Shown in pieces: positions 34,604 through 49,000 of a stretch of DNA of 64,000 nucleotides. Position numbers and translations under genes: made by a program. This stretch comes from Trichoplax adhaerens. Taxonomy: Eukaryota > Animalia > Placozoa. Below the pieces are notes generated by a model. It was not told the origin of the DNA and did no database searches. It worked only from the letters and a program-made list of their open reading frames with translations. Location of the stretch: assembly GCF_000150275.1 (NCBI RefSeq), contig NW_002060952.1, forward strand, positions 2,289,128-2,353,127. Direction: 5' to 3'. The first letter of the stretch is position 1. Each line of letters starts with the position of its first letter.

Positions 34604-37600
34604 AGAATTAGCCAGGTCTTTTCAATAGTATGTTGAAAGCTCTATAGGCAAACGAAGCTAATTAACAATCGTTAAATGGAAATATGTACTGTACGTATGA
34701 ATCAGCTTTCTTTGGTTACGTGTACAATTATTAATATTATTATACGTCTCGTGCTGTGTCATTTGTATTGGTAAAAGTGAAAGGGAGCATATTACCTTGT
34801 AGTAAGGATGTACTATTGTGACCGTGATAAACCATGTCGGAAGAGTAATCGCCGCTTGAGCAATGTAACTGCCATTCAACTCGTTGTCTCTGAAAGACTG
34901 CTAGCAGTGTTGTAAACCAATAGCACTGTTAGTACCTAGAGTAAGCTAAAGTAAAGAATAACAGGCTTTATAAATTACTTTGAACATTTCATTTAATGCA
35001 TTAATGTACTGTATTGCTGCGACAGTATTTTATTAGGAATCACGGCATACAATGTTAAATACTATTGTGTAACTTTCGGCTCGATTGCAACCTGTGGCAC
35101 CATTTTGTATGATACATACTGCAATTGCTTTTTTATGCAGCCTTCAGATAAGGTCACTTGTAGTATTCTAGAAAGTGTGAGATTTAAAAAAGTGCATCTA
35201 TATTTGGTACTGTTTAAAATGAGTTAACTCATCTCTTATATTCTGTAATCTGCTAATTTTATTTGTCATAACAATGGCTTTTCAAAAGAATGTAGCAACC
35301 GAACAATTCACTCTAAAGTTATCTATCCTTGTGAAGTTACATCATCTATGTTGACCAATGCCAATATGGAAGTGTAATTTGATCAATGGAAATTGTTGAT
35401 GGCAGTAGCAACTTTTCAGGAGATAGAAAAAGTTAGCGATTTCGATCGGTGCAATTAACTAATAAAAAAACTCCCTAAAAAGTGAAAAACTAATTTGATG
35501 AGTTATGCAGCATGCGAACGCCAACATTTTCACTAGGTATTGTTAGGTGCAATTTCTTACTTCGCCGTAGTACTTACGGATTAGTTGGTTAATCTTATAA
35601 AATCCATCCAACATTATACTGTAGTGGAATTGATTGAGCGCGATTGCATTTCTAGCCTTAAAACTACTTCTTGATATTAACTTGCATCATGTCTATTTCT
35701 ATCAGCCTATGAACCAATTGACGATGTGTAAACTTTGATGACTATATATTGCAGCTATATGCGTACACGTAATGCATTAATGGATCACAGGCTAACTTTG
35801 AATGCCTTCTATTAGCGTAGCATTTTCAGAGGATTAGTAAATCATAGAAGAGAAAGTTGAGATTATATCAAAGGTTCATCATCTAAATATCCTGTAGTCC
35901 TACACGTGAATCGAAACAGATCCATCTCTAGCGCTATAATTTTAATTGAAAAGTTGACTTTTTAGATCATAGCTGAATGATAATTGTTCTATGGAACTGC
36001 ATTACACTGAATATTGAAGATAGCTCATGCAAAGAACTTCAGGTATACGCGTATGTCACTAATCGATTTATGAATTAAAATCAAATTACAGTATTGGGGT
36101 TATATCTCCGAATAGTAATTACTGTACATGTTACTGTATAACTTATGAGATACTCGGCTGCCGACGGGTCATTTAGGCTGGTCGTTTACACGATGCAATG
36201 ATTAAAAATAGCAAATAGAGCAATTCCTCTGCAGTAAGTGGTCCGTAGATACTGTTCAGTAGTACACGTGTATACCACATCCAGACGGGGACTACTTTTA
36301 TTTTTATGTAATAAAAGCAATGTTATTAATGTTATACGTGTATGGTCTCAAGGACTTTAAATTTACTATTCACCAATCACATGAAGTGTCCTATAATGAT
36401 AAGAACTATAGCTATCAGATATACTGTATGTATAGTATATAGGCCTTAAGTATTCGATCACTCCTAAAATAATCGTCTCTTACTGCTAAGGTAAGCTAAC
36501 TTTAATTTTAGGAGCAGGATATACAAGTGGAATGCAGGTCAGTGAAATTTTCAATATATTAAACTACAGTTGTGATAAAGTATTCTATATCCTATTGGGT
36601 TATGTAGAAATAGCAAAAAATCTCTAAAGAGCCGGATAGATTGAAAGAATCAAGAATTAAAAATGATATTGTGAATGATGATATAAATGTGCGCTTTCAC
36701 AGCATCTATTCCGTATTTAATTATCTCATTTATCTCTCTACTCTTGCTATAGCAACGATTCTTGCTAGATTCATATTCCAGTCGATGTAATTATCAGTGC
36801 TGTCGGAATATTTACTAATTGCCTATTATGAAAGTGTATACGCGTTTACGCTCCTTAGAATTAATGCCAGCAATAGAATATTGTCATTCTAATAATAATC
36901 ACCAACATGATAGCATAAATATTCCAAAGCAATTTTTTCATTGCCTTTTGTTCTTGCCTCTCTTGCCTCCATTTTGCTATCAAAATAATATATTAGATAC
37001 TCGAGTGTTATGATAATAAGTACACAATCGACAGTTATGAAGCTGTACAATGCATTCCTGATAGAAACTGTAACTGGCTATAATCTTTAATAAAGCATAA
37101 AAAATTGGGGGAGGTTATAAGAAACACCTAACCTATCCCATGGCCATTACAAAGTTATGACCAATAACAATTATCGCTAAATAAATCTTCTCGTACTTCC
37201 TTTCATGACTGCCATTTCAATAAATGCACAACGATTATTAACTTAAAGGATTGTAAATTAAAAGTGATCAAATTAATATTCTGTCAATATCATTTGTGAT
37301 ATTTTTCAAGATAGATCATACACCATGTATTGCAAGGCTTGAAGCTATTTTAAATCATGGACAGCAAATTTTTTAAACTATGTAAATAGCCAAGGATTGC
37401 ATCCCAATTCTATTATGTGAACATCGTCTATCCTAAGTAGGTATTATTGTGGAGCAGAAAGTATATATTTACAAAGCAATCTGTTCTACCAGACAAGGCG
37501 TATCAACATGCTTTCCATTCCCATGGCTAGGTATTGTATTCTAACCTTATTGCAGTAAAATTTGATATCTACGATCAATGCTGAACAAAAGATACCTTTA

Positions 37601-40600
37601 CCTTTTCTAAGATTGAACTAGAGTGAAAAGGAATGCAATAACACCATAGCCTTTCTTTTCCATTTATCGGTCAATCATGTTATTGGCCTGAATTTTTATT
37701 TGATTAGCAGAGTAAAAGTGATATCAGTTGGAGACAATCAAAAATGAATAAAAGACAAATAAATAGTCTATTTTACTTTTAATTTGAGCTGGTTATTATC
37801 TATTTGTATACTCATTCAAGCTATTCTAGGTAAAATTTCTTATTATAAAAATGGACTTTCCTACCTTACAAAAATGAAAGCAAGCCAATAGAATAATTCT
37901 TTTCTTCTAATCTACTCTGTAAACTATTCAATATGTACTCTCCCTTCCATTTCCCCAAAAAAAAGGAATAATAATCAAAAATAGAATGGATGCAATCTAT
38001 TCTTATGGAAACAATAAAAATAACAACAACAACAACAAGCATGTCCGTTATTGCTGCTAGTCTATCGACGGCGATAGCGTTTAAGCTTAACGCTAAATCA
38101 GTCTATTAAAATAGGGTTATAGTCCTTATGTTTTAGTAGTATCTATAAAATATGGCCCACATGAACAATACATTGACAGACTAAAGAAGACCATAATGAC
38201 AGCAATGATTGAACATTCAATTGGAGCATGTTCCAACTTTCTATGAATTAATAGTGTTCTCCACTCTATTCATATACTTTCCTCAATAATTTCAATATTC
38301 AAGATATTATTATTGATATAGGTCTACTTCAATTCATTCCTATACTAGAGCAGTTTATTCATATCCCTATCGTCGTCATATCAAAGCACAAAAGCCATCA
38401 TTCGAATGTTGAAGTTAGTGGCAAACGATTAGGTAAATCTATCAGTACGTTTAATAACTTATCATCTTGTCCTCATCATTCTAGTTGACTTGATGGTTAT
38501 TTCTTGATTAATTTTTTTTAAATTCTGGATAAATTAAACTAGCCTAGAAAGAAAAAAATTGATTTTATTTATATTCAACTATAATGAAGTCATAATTAAA
38601 GATATTTAATGTGAAAGTAATACCATAGTTGTTAAGGAAATGTTGAAAAAATTGATAAAGTGGTTAATGAAGCAGTAAAAATATCTGGTATCAATAATTT
38701 GCCTTGTTAGCCCCCTTATTCAATGTCATTTGGATTTTAATAGGGTTAATTTCTTCCTCATCAAAGATCATGAATGAAGAAAATGTTTTAACCAAACCCG
38801 TAAGTCAATAAACTGTCTTCACTTTTTCTTGGATGATGTCAATTTAACTTTGGAACATTCAATCATTCCTATTATTACGTCTTGTGTATTCATAACTGTA
38901 TTTTTAAAAGTGCGATCAATTACGTTGAAATTGGTCTAGCTTTAATCCATTTTTTCAACCACGTACGATTGATATAGTAGTATTCCTTTGGTTTTTAAGA
39001 TCCGTTAGCTGGCTTTTGCTAGTTAATTGATATCAACACTCAGATAATTATTGGCCATAAGATTATCCTATCCACGTTCTAGAATATGATTCGTTAATCC
39101 TATTTGTTGTCCTAGCAGATCATATTTATCGTATGTTAGAACGGCCTATGAAAACGATTTAAACTCTAACCCTTATAATTAGCTAAAACAACGCAGATTA
39201 TATTCTGGACTAGTTAGCAACAACTAGATTCAAGACAGCATCGTTTTTGATAATCATGAAGCAATTTTTATCGATAGAGCTTAAAATAATACCTAAGAAA
39301 ATCATTAAAACGATCAAATTGTAGTCACTTTTGTCTTAGCCTTTCATTTAAGAAGGCACCCAATACTGTAGTAGATTGATGGCAACCAATATAAAAAATT
39401 GCCATCCCTGATGAAGACAAATTACCATCATAACTAGAAACAGGCAATCGTTATTGATGATTCCGTATCAGCATCAATTCTTAGATAAGTTTTCAATAAT
39501 TCTACCAACTTGAACTTGTTATAAATTGTATGTCCATTATTTCTATCAACTCAGATAGAATAGCGACTAAAGTTTTTATTTTCTAATTTATGAACAATGC
39601 ATAGTGGCATAGATCACGTTGGTGATGAATTGCCCTTTGAAATCAAATTTAACTCCTATAGAATATAGAAATGCTTTTGGATATATGATATACTGTATAA
39701 TTATACACATTTTTTACCCGCTCTCTTTAATTAGCAAGTCGTTCTAGTACGTTACATTTACTGAAACGAGTTCTATCGATGAAATGGACAGTTATTTCAT
39801 AGGAAAATGAAAGACACATAGAAACATGATATAAAAGTTGCATCTCTCTTTCCCTTGCCATCACGTTTTGTTTATTACCGTCTTGAATGAGTCACTAATT
39901 ACTGTAACAATAAATAAGGAGAATTTAGCTTTCGTTCTAGACATCTAATATTAAATAAGCTACTTCCAATCTTATTGGAAGACAAATTATATCAAAAACT
40001 AGAATGGGTTGAGGAGTAGACCTATTGCAACATCAATATCGAATTACCTAGGTCAAATAGATGCTTCTGTCTAGTTTTTTATCGACTCGTTCAATGATGG
40101 GAAATTACATTTTAAAACATGTGCTAAATACTGTAGCTTTGTGTATAGTAATTACGATTAATAAAAATTGAACAATCCAGTCCTATTAAAAAATGTTAGT
40201 TCTACGAGTATTTTCGACATCAATTCTTTATTATACCAACAATTAATCAATCAAAGCAAAATGATTAAGCAGAAGAGAAATTGATTGCGAAATCATTAAG
40301 CTTTATCGATCGATCCTCTACCCCATCTGCATTCATGGCTCATTCTCTATGCACTTTATTTCATCCTTTTAAGTAACTAAGAATGGAGGACATGAGCCTC
40401 CGGTCTATAAAATGAATGGTGTACTTTGGCGAGCCGTAGGCAATATTTGATGAAGTGACGAATCAATAAACCAGAGATAGACTTGCAAGTTAAGATATTA
40501 AGACTCATATGAACAAGAATTCAAGCTTATAAGCTGAATGGTATGCGGAATACGTATATAATGTTATAGAAAACGCGATGGCTTTTCATGTCTATTTAAC

Positions 40601-43600
40601 ATCATGAATAGATGAAAGAGATTTTTACGTTTTCACTGCTAGTATTATTCGATGGCATAACTTAAACAGCAAAAATTTCCATTTTTACACCATTGTTATA
40701 CCGGCACCATCGCGTAAAATAATTAAAACAACGAGTATTTAGATAGGCTTCCATATAGATGACATATGGGTAAAACCATTGGCATTATTGAGAGTTTAAG
40801 CTTTACCGGATCAAGTTTTGCCAAGACTATTGGTAGTAGAAAAAAGGAATATCAACGCGTTGTCGAGATCAGAGAAAAATAATAAGACGGACGAATAATA
40901 CTACATTACATCATCTTGAATAGTATAAATTATTGAGCAAAGAAACGTTAAATAGAGCAGCTGACTCTGTTGGTAGAAAAAGAGGAGAAAAGTGAATTCA
41001 GAAGTATTAAACTACCGGAAATTCCTTTCACTCACTCACTTAATCTATTGCCTTATGAAGCTAAAATGGTTTTAGGTAATGCAATACTATTAGGTAAATT
41101 CGACTTGAGCATGATTGACGTGGTGAAATACTAATTCTAAGCTAGAGTGCCTATTCAATTGACGATAACCATTAAGAAACGTGGCCATCTATTATAGAAT
41201 GATATAGCTCAGGATCAATTTAAACTACAAGTACTACCGTAATGTGTAAATCGATCGATTAATTTTATGCCAAAATCTGGAAATTATCATATCTAAGCTA
41301 TGGATTCGCCTATCCATAATCAATTATTTGACATGAGAAAGCATCTTCAATAATCTGATGAAGTGGTAGGTTATATGTCAATTTTAGAATTTTTGGGGGA
41401 AACAAATAAAATCAGCGTTTAACATTTCTTTCCGGTATTTCATCAGGATTTGGTTATGTAAGTGATAGGTCTTCGCGGTTATTTTAAGAGTTGGTTGATA
41501 ATCAGTAATTTTGATGGCCTTGTAATTTTTCAGATTTTAAAGGCTATTGTTTTCAGACAGCGATTAGTCCTATTTGACGATTTTGACTACAGGTAAAAAC
41601 AGTTATAACTCTCGATATCATCTCGTTTCCGATTATCATAATCACTTTTAGAATCATCAGTTAATCTTGGAAGCCCTTGATTCCGATATAGAACCGTTAT
41701 CTCTCTTAAACGTTGATCATTGCTTTTCTGATCATGATCATTACATTTAGAATCAGATAGCCTTCAGCTATTCCTGCTTCTCACGTAGGACGATATTATT
41801 CCTCAATATCGACCTTGCCTTTCATTATTTATTTATAAAATTTCATCGCAATTTGTATTGTGAAAGTCTTACCTTCATTGACTATATCAATAACAGATTA
41901 TAACTACTGCAGTTGATCAATACCTTCATTTATACTTTTTTTTCAATTGATTCGCTGCTATTTATAAAAACTCCATTAAATTATCATCCTATTACATAGA
42001 AGGCAAGATTAACTTAAAAATTAGACACAGTAACTTTCTTATTCAAGTTATAAAAGTTATCATCGGTATGAATATAATGAGTATCCTCATAGATAGGCAA
42101 ATACTCGTGCCAGAACCTAAGTTGAATCAATTTGAGTATAAAAATTCCCCTTGATTTACATCTGGAAATACTAATTATCATATAATTGTTGTTATTATTA
42201 AGTTATTGAATTCGATAGCATCAAACAGTCAAATTAGCAAAATAGAATATGATTATTTGGACCATTAACGACAGAAAATTGACTTATAGTCATCTTGGAG
42301 TATTAAAAACCAATATTGAACACAATAGATTTGTCAAATGCAAGGATAAACAAATAGCAAATGGCCATCGCAATAATATAATTAATGAGTGCTACATAGG
42401 TATGATAAACTGATATATTCGGGAAGCTAACTCGAATAATTATATATATAATGAATGAGCAGAAATGAATTACCCTGCTGTGGCTGTTCTGTCTGCTCAT
42501 ATTAGCAATATTGGATATGTAGTTAGTAGATATATCTCCCTCCAGCTGTTTATTGATTCTATAATTTACGGTACGTCATTAGAACTAGGTATATCCATGG
42601 GATCCAATCATGTCACTTGTTATTTTCATCATATTTTTCGTGTATAATTGATTAATATTAAATCAGTAACACGCACATAACATCAAATTGGTTATCCAGG
42701 TAGACTACCAGCGTCTAGTTTTTATTTTTATAACTTATGAAGTACTTTTGATCGGAATAATGAAAGAAATATATAACAAAACGGCTCTCAAACAGTACCA
42801 AAGTAGCAATATCTTAACGTTTTTCTCTTCTAGGTTATGAAACTAGCTGTAGTAATAAATAACAGCAATGCAAGATTCAAGAATATAAAAAAAAAATTAA
42901 TACCCTTAAATAAATATATATATATACGAGTACGTAACCCTATCGGTTTTAGGGGGTAATCAACCTTAGCAATAGAGCAGCAACAAAATAAACGTTATTG
43001 CACGGAAAAATTGAATTTTGAATCTATAATTGAAGGAAACTGAATAAATCAAGGCCTTGTTTTCAAGGTGCCTACGTCTAATTTTTAAACCAGTTATTCA
43101 ATTAATCACGACGTGTAAAGGACATTTTTTTCAGTGGTGGTGGATAAAATTATAACATTGATATTATAATAATTAATTTGCAAATTGAATATTGTATCGC
43201 TTGTTTTATTTCAATTATATCCGCTGTAAAAGGTATTTGAATCGTTATTTTTACTTAGATAATTGTACTGCACCTACGATAAGGATACGATTTTCATTTC
43301 ATTAGAAATATTCATTAATGCCGATATTGGATCGCCATATGATCTTGATGTCGAATCACTCCGGAATGAAACAGCGGTAGTCTATTTGTTAGCTATTTCA
43401 TTTTCTAATTGTATTCTATTTCTCAAATATAATCAAGAAAAGCGATGTAATCAAATAATTTAATAAGATCTTGAATATTTTAATCTAGAATTAACCTGCT
43501 ACCATTTTTAGTACGTTTCTAAAGCAAGGCTTTACTGATTTTTTTATTTCGTATCTTTTTTTCATCCACTCTATTACATATATATCTACTTTTCATAATA

Positions 43601-43649
43601 GACTGTCCATCGATTTATTTTCTTGAACTTTTTTTTATTACCGATGAAA

Positions 43650-44120
43650 AAGTCGATGAATTTATAAGCAACCGTTCTACCGATTGAGCGCTTAATTTCT
43701 TTTCTAGCTGATAAAAAATTTTTCAGAAACAACAAAATTGATGTGGTCGGTAAACTATAAGTTATCGTTCCGTCGATTTAGCGTATAATCTCTTTACTAA
43801 TTGATAGAAATATTTCAGGAACAATTACCCAACAAAATCTATCTAATCGATAAATTCATAAGCCATGGTTCAGTGGATTTAACGTTTAATTTCTTTACTA
43901 ACTGATAGACATTTTTAGAAATAATTACCTAACAAAATTTATCTAGTCGATATATTGAAAGCAATCGCTCTGCCAATTTAGCACCTAATTTCTTTACTAA
44001 CTGATAGAAATTTTTCAGAAATAACAAAATTCATCCGGCAGCAAATTTATAAGCAATTGTTCTCTCGATTTAGTGGTTAATTCCTTTACTTACTGATTTC
44101 AGAAATAATTACCCAACATA
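43650..44120. repeat. Diverged ~95-bp tandem repeat x5
   Basis: gtcgat.aatt.ataagc.a..gttc...cgatttagcg.ttaatttctttactaactgatagaaatttttcagaaa.aa...caaaat recurs five times. Confidence 0.85.
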
Positions 44121-44229
44121 CGGTAATTTATGGTATGACAGGGCAAAAATATTAAACTACTGTATGCCATTCAATATTTCACGTACTATAGTTATCGATT
44201 TTAACGATGAATATACCTATGATATCACC

Positions 44230-45100
44230 AATTTAAGCACATTGCTTTCATGGCTTTAAAAGAAGTATCCTGATTGAGATTGAAAGAGCATCAATCATTT
44301 TTATTAAGAATGGACAGTAATATCCTTCAAGTCATAATATTACATCAACTTCTTGATCTCTGTCCTTCCGGCATAAAAACAGAATAGGAATAATCAGTAG
44401 TTACCCGTTTCATTAATCACATCCGTATGTTTAACGAAGTATCCATAATCATCATTTCGAACGTTTTACTTTTATGGTTAGATAATGTATATTGATCAAG
44501 ACTGAAAAACATTAGTAACGTTCGTCAGAAATGGATATTAACGTCTTTAAAATGATATCAATTTCTTGATTTTTGTCCTTCCGCCATGAAAATAGGATTA
44601 GCACAATCATTAGGGATTGCAAACGTACAAGATTTTTGCCCTGGGTACCCGTTTGATGCATCACACATGTCCAGTTAGCGAATGATCATAGTACCATAGT
44701 TTTCATTTTAAACACTTTTCTTCTATGGCTTAAGATCAAGTATCCTAATCTAGAATAAAAAATCATAAACTTTCGTTCGGAGAGGACATTAATGTCGTAA
44801 TCCGAGTTTGACATCAATTCCTTGATCTCAGTCCTTCCAGTACAAAAATGGGGGTGAGAACAATCTCTAGGTACTAGTTTCATTAATCACACATGTACAA
44901 TTAAGGGATGATCAATACTTGCCATAATCTTCATTTGAAAGTTTTGCTTTCATACTTTTAGATGAAGTAGCCTGATCAAGATTGAAAAACATCCATAACT
45001 TTCGTTAGAAATGGATAGTAATATCTTATCAAGTTACAATATGACATCAATTTCTTGATCTCTGTCTCACTAGAATAAAAACAGAATAGGAATAGCTACA
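44230..45100. repeat. Diverged ~215-255 bp tandem repeat x4
   Basis: catcaa(t/c)ttcttgat(c/t)t(c/t)tgtccttcc...aaaa.ag.at.g at ~44343, 44556, 44812, 45045, with shared 'gatcaaga.tgaaaaacat...aac.ttcgt.agaaatggata'. Confidence 0.8.
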
Positions 45101-46098
45101 CGTATGCAGTGAACATAATATTTTCGACGGCATAAAGATTTCAATTTATAAGTATTTCTCCTTCCGCATTAACCATATTACAATACGCATCAATTTATGA
45201 CGCCAGTTATAGTTGAATTTCCGTTCTTTTTATGACTAATATCTTCAAGGGTCCTGATGATAAGTCATCTTATGGTTATATTCAGAAATCAGTTTATTAT
45301 GCTACGATTCAGCGCTAGACGAACCTCGATGAATTTTTGTAAGATCCCCTTGTAACACAAATTATTTTATTTCTATTAAGTAGACATGAATAAAACTAAC
45401 ATTGCATCATGTTTATTACATTACTCTTAGAATTTCTGAGATCTTCTATACCCTAATCATAATTATATAACAAGCTGTGTCTCAATACTAAAAATGTTTT
45501 TCATAAATCAGTAATATCATAACGATCCCATGCCCATGTAATCATGATCCGTTATTATAAAAGAAATTACATATTAACAATTTCATTGGAATCAAAAGTG
45601 GATATTTTCAATTTGTTATTGTGAATACTTTCAAATACCCTTTCTAAGCAATTTGGTATCTGTAGGAGTACGTGGCAATGGTTGATTGCTACATATAGGA
45701 ATCAGTATTGAACTAAAGCGAATCTCTCTAACCGTAGCTTTCAATTTTTTTCTAAATCTACCAGACTGTTACCAGTGCCTTTTGCAAGTGAACAAATTGG
45801 AAATTATTGTTCACTATTATCCCTTAATATGGACAAGTTAATAGCCAAATTTGATTGAGATATCTGAACTGTACTGACAGAGACAATTTCAATATACTGC
45901 TTGTGAAAGAAAAATTTACGAAATAGCTTATAATGAATTGATCTTACTGGAATAATTGTATAATTTGTACGGTTAATTGAAAGAAGTATTTTCACTTTTA
46001 CCTCACGGATTGATCTTGTTGAAATACAGATGTACCCTAGCTTTTAACCTGCTAATTGCCATCAATCTCTCACTCCATTGCTAACTTTTGAAAAGTAG

Positions 46099-49000
46099 GC
46101 AGAAATCGATAATTTTAGTCACGATATCAAGATGAGAATTGAACATGGCAAAGTAGGGAGATTGCTAAAGCAATTCCTATGTTACAGAACCCAATTTCCG
46201 TGCTTGATTTAGTTTAGTGCTTCATTCTGTCCTCATATTGATGATATTGGATAGATCTTAGATACTGTTAACATCATACCAGTTGTTAATCTGTATCTAT
46301 GCTGATCGTTTTCTATTACTCAATCTGGCTATAGGTTATAACTTTGTCAACAGCGCCGCGAGTACGTGCAGCTTCTATCTGCATATCTCATCATAATTCT
46401 CCCTCATATCATCGGAGTCTAGATATCCTGGCTAGAAAATATGACTACGATAATGGCAATGGTAAAAGAAAGAATTCGAAATTAGGTATACCACCAACCT
46501 CACGCCAATTGGCTGCTGTAAGTCTAGACTTAGCGTTAGAATTAGAGGAGCGAAGGGGTCGATCAGAATCTTGCTATAGTAATGGAATCGATTCAGGTAA
46601 GAATTAGCCGAACAATTTTTCTATTTCCTAGCTTACCTTGGTTAAAATTGAGCCAATTCATCATGGCTGAAAAGAACTATCTTGGCTATAGAATTCTAAC
46701 GGACTTATATATTGTACTCGTCAATAGGTTTTGAATGTTCACAGCCTACCCTGGTTTATACCCAAGTTCAGGTTAGTAATCGATTGATATACAAAACCAT
46801 CATCAACTGTCGTAGGTTAATCAACAAAAACTACAGTCCTTTTGATAACTACAACATCCGTTAAATAGAACTAAGCCACTACTGGCTTATGTTAGTAGCC
46901 GATCGATAGCAGAGTCATCATCCATAGCAATATTGTCAAATTAATCATGAAATGAAATATCTAAATTACTATATTGTGAACTCATATTTAGAACTATTTC
47001 GGTTGTTGATTCTAAATTGTTCATAAAATAGAAAGTCTTGATGTTATTATGAACTCATATCTAGAATTATTCATAAAATAAAATATCTGCATGTCATGAT
47101 GAACTTATATCTAGAATTTATCTCTATTGCTTACTCTAAATTATCCATAAAATGGAATATCTCCGTGTTATTATGAACTCTTACTCAACATCTAATGAAT
47201 GTTCCTTTAATAATTACAATATTATTATTCAACTAGAAATATTGATTATCATAGCAAATTATTATAACATCAATAGATTTTTATTCTAAACAGAACATGA
47301 AATACTAACCTACATATTATCCAACTATTTAAAATAATCATCACCTTATAGAGAATCCGTTTTAAAGATTTTTCGAAGGAAGTCCGCGCAACAATGGATA
47401 TGGAAAAATTTTTAACAGAATCAACAATACTATTGGATATAGCCCAAACGGATTTAGAAAGTATCGTAGAAAAAATGTTAACCAAATTATTTGATAAAGA
47501 ACAACTGCAATGTTCCATGTCTGAAGCTGTAATATCTTTATTATCCAAAGATATAGAAGGTATAGTTATGAGAATGATAGTATATTAAATAGATTCATGT
47601 TGCAGCACCGATATTGAAAATATTAGTAGCATAATCTTTAAAAGGGTCAAATTAAATCACTTGTGTTCGCTTAAAATCCATAGATGGAGTTATGCTCATT
47701 AACGTACTTGTTTGGTACTTGTTTATTTTTGAGAAGCTGGCTCTCCGCTTCTATTTGGTATTGACATGAGTAATAATTTCAATCTATGATATAAGTGATA
47801 CTTGCATAATAGCTAGATTAAAATTTTTATTGATACCTCTCAGGTTATAGCCTGCTCCAATCATAATACAATATTATCGTTAATAATTTTTACTTTATTC
47901 AATATTCAATCAATAGTGTGTAAATTTAGAAATCTAATGCAAGGAACAGAGTACAGTGAAGGAGGTGGTATTGCTATTACCCAGCAATATTTGGTTGCTT
48001 TGTAAGTCATTGATACTAAAACTAATAATTTTATCATATTAGAACGAATATTATATCAATTGCTATCTCTTAACCGCCTCTTTCTAAAATCAATATTTGA
48101 ATTTAGCTGCCAATTACAGACCTTAACTGGACGCCATGTCGCTATTGGACGCCTAAAAGAACCAACTAATCTGGGACCAACAAGTCAAGAAGTTAATTTT
48201 ATCATCTTAATTCTGACATCGACTAAAGAGGTGAGTTAAGACGTTTGACATGTTCTAAAAATGTTGAGTTAGTATTTCTTATTTTGATCGATTCGTCTAC
48301 ATTGCCAATAAATTAAGATCTTGCTGTTATAAATAATTTTAGAAAGGAACTAAAAATGCGGTTGAAGTGGCTCGAACGTTTGCAACTGTATTTGCAGACG
48401 AAGAATTTCGACAAATTTTAATGGATGCAACAAATGATGAAGAATTCAAAGTAAGCTGAATCCCAATCTAGCTATATTGTTCTTCGTGTACAATATATTA
48501 CCCGTGCTTTGCATTATCTATCAATCTATCAGCAACAACTGAACCATATCCGATTTATTACAGAAAGTATTATCGGCTAGAACGAGGACTTTAATCAAGA
48601 TCCAATCACCAATACAAGAATCGCCCAGAGTAGAATTTAATTCAACTGTACGTTCCTAAAAAAGACAATTCCTAGCATAGAATCGATTAAAAGTTATCTT
48701 TTACCGCACTACTCATTTTTTATGAAACGGAAATTATAGCTAAAGAATTTTAATTGATTAAAATTAGAAATTTCTAAATGAAGTTCGTTCATTTGGTCAT
48801 GGCGTCGTCAGCGATGTTAGACGACGATTACCGCTTTATTTATCAGACTTTACTGACGGTAAATAAATCTACAACAGATAGAGTGGACATAAATAGTCAG
48901 TAGCTTATCATGAACTAATTTTTCTTCTTGTCAATTGCTCTATTAGGCTGGTCTGGGCGACATTCCAAAAGGAAATTATTATCAACGACATTTTTCTTGT

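Noticed and set aside
39378-39445. Hammerhead ribozyme-like motif (gatggcaa/ttgccatc stem, CTGATGA...GAAAC)
   Set aside because: Stem II cannot pair and no NUH or stem III matches; at best a decayed remnant. An Infernal hammerhead search would settle it.
45253-45295. Second CTGATGA followed by a hairpin
   Set aside because: The stem taag/ctta is not followed directly by GAAA, so the catalytic core is incomplete.
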